A DNA stretch of 32,000 nucleotides from Ktedonobacterales bacterium (GTDB taxonomy: Bacteria; Chloroflexota; Ktedonobacteria; Ktedonobacterales; JADMIN01): positions 2,280,001 to 2,312,000 of the forward strand of contig CP126532.1 of assembly GCA_030167145.1 (NCBI GenBank), in the 5' to 3' direction. Every line of letters starts with the position of its first letter. Position 1 is the first letter of the stretch. The notes beneath the pieces are model-generated. The model was not told the DNA's origin. It searched no databases and saw only the letters and a list, made by a program, of their open reading frames with translations. Below, piece after piece: positions 20,957 to 29,145 of the stretch. The position numbers were made by a program, and so were the translations under genes.

Positions 20957-23900
20957 GTGGAGGATCTCGCCCGTCCGCGCCACACCGCGCACCGGCTCTT
21001 GCGCTGGCTCGCGGACGAACTGCGCGCACCGCTCTCTGAGGCGACGCCGATAGATGCGCTGGCCGAACGCCTGGGCCTGGATGTGGCGCTGTTCCCGCCG
21101 CAGGGCCGTCGCACACAGACGCTTGGCTGGCTGGAACCCGGTGAAAATCTGATCTTCCTGCGCGATGGCCTGCCTGAGCCGGTGCGCCGCTTTACCCTGG
21201 CCCACGAGATCGGCCATGCGGTGCTGCACCGCCCTGGCGGGCTGCCGCTGGCCCTGGGCGGTAGCCTCCCCAACGTCCGCGACGATGCCTTTGACAGCGG
21301 TATACCGGACTGCGACGACGGCGATTTCGCGCTGCCGCTCGACCCGGAAGCCGCCACAGGCGAAACGCTTGGCTCCGGCCAGGCCTACAGCGCACGCGCA
21401 CGCCGCGAGAGCGAGGCCAATGCCTTTGCCTCGGCGCTGCTGCTGCCCACCGAAACGCTGCTCGCGGCGTATCTTGCTCATCCCTATGGCAGGCGCCCGC
21501 AGCCGCGCATGCTCGCTCGCCGCTTTGGTGTCTCGGAAGACATGCTGCTGCGCCGCCTGGCCGATCTGCTGGCGCTGCGCGCTCGCAATGAGCGGGACGA
21601 TGACGAGCCAGCGCCAGTGATAGCCGCGAGCGCCGTCCAGCGGTTCGACGTGCTTGACCGCTGGCAGCGCGCCGCCGCCGAAGCCAATGCGCCCGCGCTG
21701 GTCGTCGCTGGCCCCGGCACGGGCAAAACGAGCACACTCGTCGCCCGCGTCGCCTATCTGGTGCGGCAATGCGGCGTCGCGCCGGAGCGCATTCTCGCGC
21801 TGACCTTCTCCAATAAGGCCGCCAACGAAATGCGCGAGCGGCTGATGCATTTGCTGCTTGCGCCTGACCCGTCATCAGGGGCTGCGGTCGCCGATCTTCG
21901 CGGGTTGCCGACGGTCAGCACCATCCATGCGTTCTGTGGCGATCTGCTGCGCCGCTATGCGCCGCTGGCCGGTCTGCGCCCGGATTTCCGCCTTGTCAGC
22001 GAGACCGACGGGTATTTCCTGTTGCGCAACCTTTCCGCTGAGCTGGCGCTGAATCACTATCAGCCGCTCAGCGCCCCCGCGCTGCACTTCCCGACGCTGC
22101 TCGGCGCTATCTCGCGCGCTAAAGACGAGCTGGCTGGACCCGAACGCTACGCCGCCGTCGCCCACACGCTGAGCGAGGCCGCTGACTCACCAGAGGCGCG
22201 CGAGGCCGCCGAGAAATCGCGTGAAGTCGCCAGCATCTACAGCGCCTATCAGGCCGCGCTGGATGCGCGCGGTGACGCCGACTTCGGCGACCTGATTCGC
22301 CTGGCTGTGCGGCTGCTGCGTGAGCAACCCGACGTGCTCGCCGCCGTGCATGGGCAGTATCAGCACATCCTGGTGGACGAGTTTCAGGACATCAACCGGG
22401 CGATGGGCGTGCTGCTGCGTACCCTTGCCAGTGATGAGAGTCGCCTCTGGGCCGTGGGTGACGCCAACCAGGCGATTTACCGCTTCCGGGGGGCGTCGCC
22501 TGCTAATCTTGCCCGTTTCAACGTCGAATATCCTGCCGCGCAGGTTCATACCCTACAGCAAAACTACCGCTCGGTGCCCGCCGTGCTGGACGCCGCCGCC
22601 GGTGTCGCTGCCGCCTTCCTCGAACGCGACGAAGCGCGCCCGCTCGCGCCAGCGCGCGCCAGCGCCGATGGTCCCGCGCTCACGCTGGCCAGCGCCGACG
22701 ACGAAGTGGGAGAGATGGCGGGACTGGCCGCCGCGATACGCGCGCATGCCGATGACGGGCGTCCGCTGCGCGATCAGGTGGTGCTTTGCCGCACGCGCCG
22801 CCAGTGTCAGCGTGTCGCCGCCGCGCTGGCCGATATGGGTATTGCTACGCAACTGGTCTCGCCGCTGCTGGACCAGCCGGACGTGAAAGACCTGCTCTCG
22901 GTCGTCGCGCTCGCCGCAGAGCAGAGCGGCATCGGCCTGTTGCGCGCGGGCAACCTGCCAGACCATCCATTCTCGCACTCGGACGCGCGCCTGCTCTTGC
23001 AGCACGCGCAGCGCCAGGGTGTCTCGCCCGTCACGCTGCTGCTGACTGGACTGGACGCCATCCCCGAACTCAGCGCATCGGGCCGACGGGGACTCCAGCG
23101 CCTGAGCCGTGTGCTGGCCGAGCTACGCCAGGCGCCCGACACGCTCACCGGACTCGCGCGCTATGTCTTCGGCTCAACCCGCCTGGGCGCGCGGCTGCTG
23201 GTTGCGGTCCCCACGGGCGACGAACGCGCCACCGCGCACGCGCTGCACCTGATCCAACTGCTAGCGCTCACCGCCAGCTTTGAGGAGCATCAGCGCGCTC
23301 AGCGCCTCGTCAGCGGCAGCGCCGCGCGGCCCGCTTCGCAGCTCGCCGATTGGCATGCCTTGCTCGATTATATTCGCGTGGTCTCGGTGCTGCGGCAGGA
23401 AGCGCGCAGCGACAACGGAGATGGCCCTGGCGAGACGGATGAGCGTGTGCGCGTGCTCACCGTTCACGCCAGCAAAGGGCTGGAATTTCCGGTCGTGTAT
23501 GTGCCCGGACTTGCCGACCGCCGCTTCCCGATGCAGCGCCGGGGCAACGCCGCGCCGCTGCCGCCGGGCCTCAGCGAAGATGACGAGTGCGAGCAGCGCG
23601 ACCCCAACGCGCACCTCGCGGAAGAAGCCTGCCTCTTCTACGTCGCCGTCACCCGCGCCCGCGACGAACTGATTCTCAGCCATGCCGACCGCTATGGGCG
23701 CATGCGCTACAAGCCTTCGCCGTTTCTTGCGCCCATCGCCGAGCGCCTGGGCGACCGGCTGCGCCATATCCGCTGGCCAGATGAGGAAGCGACGCTCTCC
23801 CGAGGCGTGTCCGGGGAGCGCACGACGACGCCCACGCGCGCCTATGTGGAGCCGCTGCCCGCGCCCGCGCCGGATGCCGCTATCTCGCCCGCGGCCATCG

Positions 23901-24838
23901 AGACCTACGGCCGTTGCCCGCGCCAGTTCGCGTATCGCTATGTCTATGGCCTCAAACCGCGCGAGATCGGCATGATGACCCTGCGCCGGGCGCTGCACAA
24001 TACCCTGCGCGACCTGCGGCAACAAGTTCATTTCGCTGCACCCACCGCCCCCGACGCCAACGGCGATACACTCACCGGCACACCCGGCGGCCTCACCCTG
24101 CGCGACACGCTCGCCCTCTTCGAGACGCACTGGCACACGGCGCTGCTCTACGAGCGCGGCGAGTTCGCCGCAAAATCGGTGGCTTCGGTCACTGAGGGCG
24201 CCGCTGTTTCGGCAGATCCGGCGACTGCGGCAACTCCGGACATCGAAAGCGATCCGTTTGTCGAGGTCTACCGGCGGCATGGACGGCAGGTGATCGAGCG
24301 GGCGTGGCTCACGCTGACGCAGGCCACCCCGCCACAGCATCCCGTGGATGAACTGGACGCTTCGGCGCGCTTCGAGCACTCCGTCACTGTGCAGATTGGC
24401 AACCGGCAGATCGCCCTGACGGTAGATCGTGTCGAGCCGGAGGCTGAGCCACCCGTTGCGGCTCCCGCGCCCACATCCGCACCGAATGGCAGACGCGCCG
24501 GGCAGAGCGAACGCGCAGCCAATGCGCAGCCACTGCGCTATGTGCGCCACCGCGTCGGCCCCAGCCGCGCCGCTCAGGCCGACCTCCGGGCGCTGCTCTA
24601 CACCCTCGCCGCCGAACAGACCGCCGAGCAATCCACCCGGCAGGCGCGCCCCGTGCTCTATCAGCATAATCTCAGCACCGGCGAGGTGGAGCGTGTAGAA
24701 TTAGACACACGCAAGCTCACGCGACTCCGCGAAAATCTGGTGGATATTCTGGCGGGCATGGAGAGCGGCATCTATCCGCCACGACCCGACCCCAATACGT
24801 GCCAGAACTGCCCGTTCCTGCTCGTTTGCCCTGCATAG
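20957..24838 (+). CDS. Fusion protein: ImmA/IrrE (COG2856) Zn-metallopeptidase domain + UvrD/PcrA-type SF1 helicase + C-terminal Cas4/AddB-like 4-Cys PD-(D/E)XK-type module
   Basis: GTG 20957 with AAGGAG 8 nt upstream. Peptidase: FTLAHEIGHAVLH (HEIGH at 21203-21217) and ESEANAFASALLLP. Helicase motifs: GPGTGKT, LTFSNKAANEM, TIHAFC, LVDEFQD, VGDANQAIYRFRGA, QNYRS, TVHASKGLEFPVV, FYVAVTRARDEL. C-terminus: YGRCPRQFAYRY ... TVDRVE ... C-QN-C-PFLLV-C. Confidence 0.85.
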   Translation: MEDLARPRHTAHRLLRWLADELRAPLSEATPIDALAERLGLDVALFPPQGRRTQTLGWLEPGENLIFLRDGLPEPVRRFTLAHEIGHAVLHRPGGLPLALGGSLPNVRDDAFDSGIPDCDDGDFALPLDPEAATGETLGSGQAYSARARRESEANAFASALLLPTETLLAAYLAHPYGRRPQPRMLARRFGVSEDMLLRRLADLLALRARNERDDDEPAPVIAASAVQRFDVLDRWQRAAAEANAPALVVAGPGTGKTSTLVARVAYLVRQCGVAPERILALTFSNKAANEMRERLMHLLLAPDPSSGAAVADLRGLPTVSTIHAFCGDLLRRYAPLAGLRPDFRLVSETDGYFLLRNLSAELALNHYQPLSAPALHFPTLLGAISRAKDELAGPERYAAVAHTLSEAADSPEAREAAEKSREVASIYSAYQAALDARGDADFGDLIRLAVRLLREQPDVLAAVHGQYQHILVDEFQDINRAMGVLLRTLASDESRLWAVGDANQAIYRFRGASPANLARFNVEYPAAQVHTLQQNYRSVPAVLDAAAGVAAAFLERDEARPLAPARASADGPALTLASADDEVGEMAGLAAAIRAHADDGRPLRDQVVLCRTRRQCQRVAAALADMGIATQLVSPLLDQPDVKDLLSVVALAAEQSGIGLLRAGNLPDHPFSHSDARLLLQHAQRQGVSPVTLLLTGLDAIPELSASGRRGLQRLSRVLAELRQAPDTLTGLARYVFGSTRLGARLLVAVPTGDERATAHALHLIQLLALTASFEEHQRAQRLVSGSAARPASQLADWHALLDYIRVVSVLRQEARSDNGDGPGETDERVRVLTVHASKGLEFPVVYVPGLADRRFPMQRRGNAAPLPPGLSEDDECEQRDPNAHLAEEACLFYVAVTRARDELILSHADRYGRMRYKPSPFLAPIAERLGDRLRHIRWPDEEATLSRGVSGERTTTPTRAYVEPLPAPAPDAAISPAAIETYGRCPRQFAYRYVYGLKPREIGMMTLRRALHNTLRDLRQQVHFAAPTAPDANGDTLTGTPGGLTLRDTLALFETHWHTALLYERGEFAAKSVASVTEGAAVSADPATAATPDIESDPFVEVYRRHGRQVIERAWLTLTQATPPQHPVDELDASARFEHSVTVQIGNRQIALTVDRVEPEAEPPVAAPAPTSAPNGRRAGQSERAANAQPLRYVRHRVGPSRAAQADLRALLYTLAAEQTAEQSTRQARPVLYQHNLSTGEVERVELDTRKLTRLRENLVDILAGMESGIYPPRPDPNTCQNCPFLLVCPA

Positions 24839-24860
24839 CCTGTCACTCAAAGGAGGCGTC

Positions 24861-25118
24861 ATGTCTGGCTCAGTCACCGTTCATACCTGCTACATCGCCG
24901 AATTCCCGCATGCCCTGCCGCACCGCGAAGAGGCGACGCTGCGCCCCTGCGGCCACTATGCCTGCGACCCGCACACCATCACCTATTACGGCACCGGCGA
25001 AGAGGGCGACAGCCGCGAGGGCGACTATTGCATGGTCTGCTATGAGCGCACCTTCCCCGGCATGTGCCCCGATAGAGTGTTGCGCGCCGCGATCCGCACC
25101 GCCGAAACGCAGGCATGA
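24861..25118 (+). CDS. Small cysteine-rich protein (85 aa, 6 Cys; putative Zn-ribbon-like), hypothetical
   Basis: ATG 24861 with AAAGGAGG 5 nt upstream, 22 nt after the helicase stop. Cys pairs C30/C35 and C57-x2-C60, plus C10 and C69. Confidence 0.6.
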   Translation: MSGSVTVHTCYIAEFPHALPHREEATLRPCGHYACDPHTITYYGTGEEGDSREGDYCMVCYERTFPGMCPDRVLRAAIRTAETQA

Positions 25119-25122
25119 AGAG

Positions 25123-25206
25123 GTAGGGGCGTCCGGCGCGCCAGCGGGCGTCCGGCGCGCCAGCGGGCGTCCGCCGCGCCAACGGGCGTCCGCCGGACGC
25201 CCCTAC
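25123..25206. terminator. GC-rich composite hairpin: 16-bp inverted repeat enclosing 19-bp tandem repeats
   Basis: GTAGGGGCGTCCGGCG (25123-25138) pairs with CGCCGGACGCCCCTAC (25191-25206). Inside are GGGCGTCCGGCGCGCCAGC x2 (25127-25164), a variant at 25165-25183, and a self-palindromic unit GGGCGTCCG-C-CGGACGCCC (25184-25202). No U-tract, so terminator function is uncertain. Confidence 0.4.
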
Positions 25207-25247
25207 GCTGCCGTAGGCGCATACCACGAGAACCGAGGATATTCGCA

Positions 25248-26474
25248 ATGTTGAGCGTCGAAGAGGCCCGCGAGCGCATCCTTGCTCAGTTCAGTCCGCT
25301 GCCCGCCGAAGACGTGCCGCTGGCGCAGGCGCTGGGCCGTGTGCTGGCGGCGGATGCCATCGCCCAGGAGCAGCTACCGCCCTTCGCCAACTCCGCGATG
25401 GACGGCTACGCGGTCCGCGCGGGCGATACGCTCGGCGCGTCGGAGGCGTCGCCCCGGCGGCTGCGGCTGGCGGGTGAAGTTCCGGCGGGCCGCGTCTACG
25501 CAGGCACGGTGAACGCTGGCGAAACGGTGCGCATCCTCACCGGCGCACCGCTGCCCGATGGCGCGGATGCCGTGCTGCAGCAGGAGCTGACGCGCGCGGG
25601 CGACGGCTGGATCGAGTTCCTTTCCGAAGCGCCAACCGGCAATAACGTGCGCGCCGCTGGCGACGACATCGCCCCTGGCGCGCTGCTGGCCGCTGCTGGC
25701 ATGGAGATCGGCCCCGCTGAGATTGCGCTGCTCGCCGCCGCTGGCATCCATCCGGTTCGCGTCATGCGGCGCCCGCGCGTCGCCATCCTCTCCACCGGCG
25801 ACGAACTGGCCCCAGCAGGCGAACCGCTGCGCCCCGGCCAGATCCGCGAGAGCAACGGCCCGTATCTAGTTGCCGCCGTGCTGCGCGCGGGCGGGGACCC
25901 GGTTCACCTGGGCATCGCCCGCGACCGCGAAGACGACCTGCGCGCCAAGCTCAGCGCAGCGCAAGATGCGGACCTGGCGCTCACCTCTGGCGGCGTCTCG
26001 GTCGGAGACTATGATCTGGTCAAGCAGATTCTCGAAGAGCAGGGCACAATGAACTTCTGGCGTGTGCGGATGCGCCCCGGCAAGCCGCTCGCCTTCGGCC
26101 TGCTCGGCGGTACGCCGCTGCTCGGCCTCCCCGGCAACCCGGTCTCCGCCGCCGTCACGTTCGAGCTATTCGGACGGCCCGCTATCCGTCGCCTGCTCGG
26201 CTGTCGCGAGGTGGAACGGCCCACTATCGAAGTCGTGCTGGAAGGCGAAGACATCGAGCGCGCGGACCGACGCCACTTCGTGCGCGCCCGGCTGGAGTCG
26301 CGCGGCGGCACGCTCATTGCGCGGACGACTGGCGCGCAAGGCTCGCACCTGATCTCGTCGCTTCAGGGGGCCTCGTGCCTGCTGGTGATCATGGAAGGCG
26401 AGGGGGTTGTACGTCAGGGAGATATGGTCTCGGCGCTACTGCTGAATGATGCGCTGCCATGGGGGAATGCCTAA
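25248..26474 (+). CDS. moeA: Molybdopterin molybdotransferase MoeA
   Basis: LSVEEARERIL...PLAQALGRVLAADAIA...LPPFANSAMDGYAVRAGD, MoCF-binding region ILSTGDEL...IRESNG, and LTSGGVSVGDYD...PGKPLAFG...LGLPGNPVSA are canonical MoeA blocks. Confidence 0.92.
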   Translation: MLSVEEARERILAQFSPLPAEDVPLAQALGRVLAADAIAQEQLPPFANSAMDGYAVRAGDTLGASEASPRRLRLAGEVPAGRVYAGTVNAGETVRILTGAPLPDGADAVLQQELTRAGDGWIEFLSEAPTGNNVRAAGDDIAPGALLAAAGMEIGPAEIALLAAAGIHPVRVMRRPRVAILSTGDELAPAGEPLRPGQIRESNGPYLVAAVLRAGGDPVHLGIARDREDDLRAKLSAAQDADLALTSGGVSVGDYDLVKQILEEQGTMNFWRVRMRPGKPLAFGLLGGTPLLGLPGNPVSAAVTFELFGRPAIRRLLGCREVERPTIEVVLEGEDIERADRRHFVRARLESRGGTLIARTTGAQGSHLISSLQGASCLLVIMEGEGVVRQGDMVSALLLNDALPWGNA

Positions 26475-27153
26475 GCTCTTGAAAGCATGCTTCTTTGATG
26501 CCAATGGTGTGCTGTATCATCGCACCGACCGGACACGCCACCGGCGGGCGTTTCTGGCGCGGCATGGGATCGCTGGCGTGCTGGAAAGCACGCGCGACGC
26601 AACGGGTGGGGTCTATCTCGGCGCGTACTTCGCTGTCTATCGCCGCGCGTTCATTGGGCAGGCGAGCGAGGTCGAACTTTTCGATGCGCTGCTGGCCGCG
26701 CATGGCGTGACGGATGCGCGGTTGCTGGAGGAGGGGCGCCAGGCGATGGCTGACGATCAGGCGGATATCACGCTGTATCCTGGCGTGATCGTGACGTTGG
26801 GGGCGCTGCGGGCGCGTGGTGTGCGGCTGGGGGTGATTACCGATAGCGCGTCGTCATCGGCGGATAAGCTGCGCTGGTTTCGCGGGCAGGGGCTGACGCT
26901 GGGCTGGGATGCCTTCGCGAACTCGTGCGAGGTGGGGGCGCGCAAGCCGGACGCGCGCATCTATCGGGCCGCGCTGACGCAGGCGGACGTGGTGGCGGGG
27001 GAGAGTGTTTTCGTGGGGCACAAGGCGAGCGAACTGGTGGGCGCGCGGGCGCTCGGCATGGCGACGGTGGCGTTCCGGCCGGATGCTGACGCCGAAGCGC
27101 CAATGACGCTGTTCGATTTCGTTGATCTGCTCGCGTTGCCGTTTCTTGCGTGA
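26467..27153 (+). CDS. HAD-superfamily hydrolase-like protein (variant catalytic motifs)
   Basis: ATG 26467 overlaps the moeA stop (ATGCCTAA). Motif I reads FFDANGVL (D-x-N rather than D-x-D), motif II VITDS, motif III K in ARKPD, and motif IV reads FVGHKASE instead of GD-x3-D. Confidence 0.7.
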   Translation: MPKLLKACFFDANGVLYHRTDRTRHRRAFLARHGIAGVLESTRDATGGVYLGAYFAVYRRAFIGQASEVELFDALLAAHGVTDARLLEEGRQAMADDQADITLYPGVIVTLGALRARGVRLGVITDSASSSADKLRWFRGQGLTLGWDAFANSCEVGARKPDARIYRAALTQADVVAGESVFVGHKASELVGARALGMATVAFRPDADAEAPMTLFDFVDLLALPFLA

Positions 27154-27416
27154 TTTGGCTTTGCTGCTCATCCCGATGGAAAGATAGGGTGAGTTCTACG
27201 CTATTTTGCGGGCCTTCGCGGTCTTGTGAAACACCGATGGATGCGGTACCACATGTGGCAAGCAATGCTTATTCGTATGGTGGCTAGTAGGCGTACCTCA
27301 TCCTAAAACGGCTCAGGGGTGTATCTCTTACAGCGCAGACGGCGAACAATGCGCCGCTGATGTGAATCATCTGTTGGTTGACCATCTCGCTCAGTGGCAG
27401 CGAAAGGGAGACGTGA

Positions 27417-28118
27417 ATGGCAACGCGCACCACCTCTGCTCATTCTGGCACGACCGGCGCGACACAGGCCGCGAGCTACGAACGCTTTGCCGGCGTCTGC
27501 GCACTGCTTGGCGGCGTAGGGAGCATCCTCTATTCGGTCGTCTTTGTGATTCTGAAGAACGTGCTGCTGTATTCGTTGCTGCTGACGCTCGGTGGTCTGC
27601 TGGCCAGCGCGGTGCTGGTGGGGGTGTATAGTCGTGTGCGCGAGGCCAACCGCGACTTCGCGCTGCTGGCGCTGCTGCTGGGGGTGGTGGCGGCGCTGGG
27701 GAGCTTTGGGCATGGGGCGTATGACCTGGCGAACGCGCTGCATCCCGAAGCGGGGCCTACACGGGTGCTGAGCACGGCGGCATCTGCGACGGCGATCTCG
27801 ACGCTGCCAAGCGAGATAGACGCACGCGGCGCGCTGACGTTTGGGTTATCGGGGCTGGCGCTGCTGGTATTTTCGTGGCTGATTGTGCGCAGCGGGCGCT
27901 TGCCGCGCGGGCTGGGATACCTCGGCTATGCGCTGGGCGTGTTGCTGATATTGACCTATCTGGGGCGGTTGATCGTGCTGGACCCGGCGAGCGACGCCGG
28001 TAAAGTCTTTATCCTGGCGCCCGCCGCGCTGACAGGCCTGATTGTCAATCCGATCTGGTATCTCTGGCTCGGTAGCGCGCTGCTGAGGGTCACACAGCGC
28101 GAGGGCGCGGCACCATGA
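27417..28118 (+). CDS. DUF4386-like membrane protein
   Basis: ATG 27417 with AAGGGAG 7 nt upstream. About 6 TM segments; size and pattern (FAGVCALLGGVGSILYSVVF... GLGYLGYALGVLLIL) are typical of DUF4386. Confidence 0.6.
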   Translation: MATRTTSAHSGTTGATQAASYERFAGVCALLGGVGSILYSVVFVILKNVLLYSLLLTLGGLLASAVLVGVYSRVREANRDFALLALLLGVVAALGSFGHGAYDLANALHPEAGPTRVLSTAASATAISTLPSEIDARGALTFGLSGLALLVFSWLIVRSGRLPRGLGYLGYALGVLLILTYLGRLIVLDPASDAGKVFILAPAALTGLIVNPIWYLWLGSALLRVTQREGAAP

Positions 28119-28573
28119 CGCGCATCTACACAAGCGCAACCATCGAGCGCGGCATCGAAGATGTGTTTGCGTATGTCACGGCTCCGGGCCATTGGCCAGA
28201 ATGGCACCCGTCGTCGTTGGATGTGAGCGGCGCGACGGACCATGCGCTGGATGTGGGCGAGCAATGCACGGAGCATTTTCGCGTTGCGGGGCGTGAGGGG
28301 TATGTGGTGTGGACCGTGACGGAGCGTGACGCGCCGCGCCGCTGGGTAATCGCGGGCACTATCGTCGGGGGCGGCAGCGGCGTGATTACGTATGCGCTCA
28401 CCGCCCACGATAGCGGCATGACATCGTTTGAGCGCACATTTGAGTATCCGACGCCCAACCCGTTGCTGGCGCTGCTCGATACGCTGGTGTTGCGGCGGCG
28501 CATCACCGCTGAATCGCAGGAGGCGCTACGTCGCCTGAAGGCGCGGCTGGAAGCGTCGGGGACGATTTCGTAG
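28115..28573 (+). CDS. SRPBCC (START/polyketide cyclase-like) family protein
   Basis: ATGA start/stop overlap with the upstream gene. IERGIEDVFAYVTAPGHWPEWHP is a typical SRPBCC N-terminus. Confidence 0.75.
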   Translation: MTRIYTSATIERGIEDVFAYVTAPGHWPEWHPSSLDVSGATDHALDVGEQCTEHFRVAGREGYVVWTVTERDAPRRWVIAGTIVGGGSGVITYALTAHDSGMTSFERTFEYPTPNPLLALLDTLVLRRRITAESQEALRRLKARLEASGTIS

Positions 28574-28821
28574 GGTAGCGTGGGGAGTATGTCGGGGGTA
28601 CTTGCTGGCTATGGTGGAGTGTCCGCGGCGCGATGGCGAGCACGGAGGTTTCGCAAACGCCGCAGATGTGGTATGCTATGCACTATGGCTGTGTCTTCAA
28701 GGCATGCGGTATGTGCGGAAGAGCAGCGCAAGCGGCAGTCAGTCGCAGGTTTTCTAACACAGCGAAAGGAGCGCGCAGTTCGGGCAAGGCTGAAAGGCAG
28801 GCCCACTGCGAAACGTACAGC

Positions 28822-29028
28822 GTGAGCGAAGTTGTGATCAAAGACGGCGAGTCATTCGAGACCGCTCTGAAGCGCTTCACCCGCAAGGTCCAGCAAGACG
28901 GTTTGCTTTCTGAGGCCAAGCGCCGCCAGCACTATGAGCCGCCCAGCGTCAAGCGCAAGCGCAAGGCGGATGCGCGCGAGCGCAAGGCACGTAAGGCGCG
29001 CGCCAAGGCCGCAGCACAAGGCTACTAA
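28822..29028 (+). CDS. rpsU: 30S ribosomal protein S21
   Basis: (V->M)[47 protein letters not shown] plus a basic tail is the canonical S21 sequence. GTG 28822 was chosen by homology to the S21 N-terminus; the ORF opens at 28633. Confidence 0.88.
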   Translation: MSEVVIKDGESFETALKRFTRKVQQDGLLSEAKRRQHYEPPSVKRKRKADARERKARKARAKAAAQGY

Positions 29029-29057
29029 GGGCCGCGAACCCGCGCGACATCGCTCCC

Positions 29058-29112
29058 AGCCGGTCAGGTTCCTCATGTGGAGGGCGTACCTGACCGGCTA
29101 GAGTTGTTTCTG
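29058..29112. terminator. Hairpin terminator between convergent rpsU and the DinB-fold gene
   Basis: AGCCGGTCAGGT (29058-29069) pairs with ACCTGACCGGCT (29088-29099) with an 18-nt loop, followed by the T-rich AGAGTTGTTTCTGGGTTGTT. Confidence 0.55.
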
Positions 29113-29145
29113 GGTTGTTGGGCTGTTGATGCGCTCCGCTAGGGG

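Noticed and set aside
20672-24667. Large minus-strand ORFs (20672..21850, 21192..21875, 23261..24667) opposite the helicase fusion
   Set aside because: All are antisense to a CDS carrying a complete set of helicase motifs. Their composition is Arg/Ala/Gly-biased with no recognisable domains.
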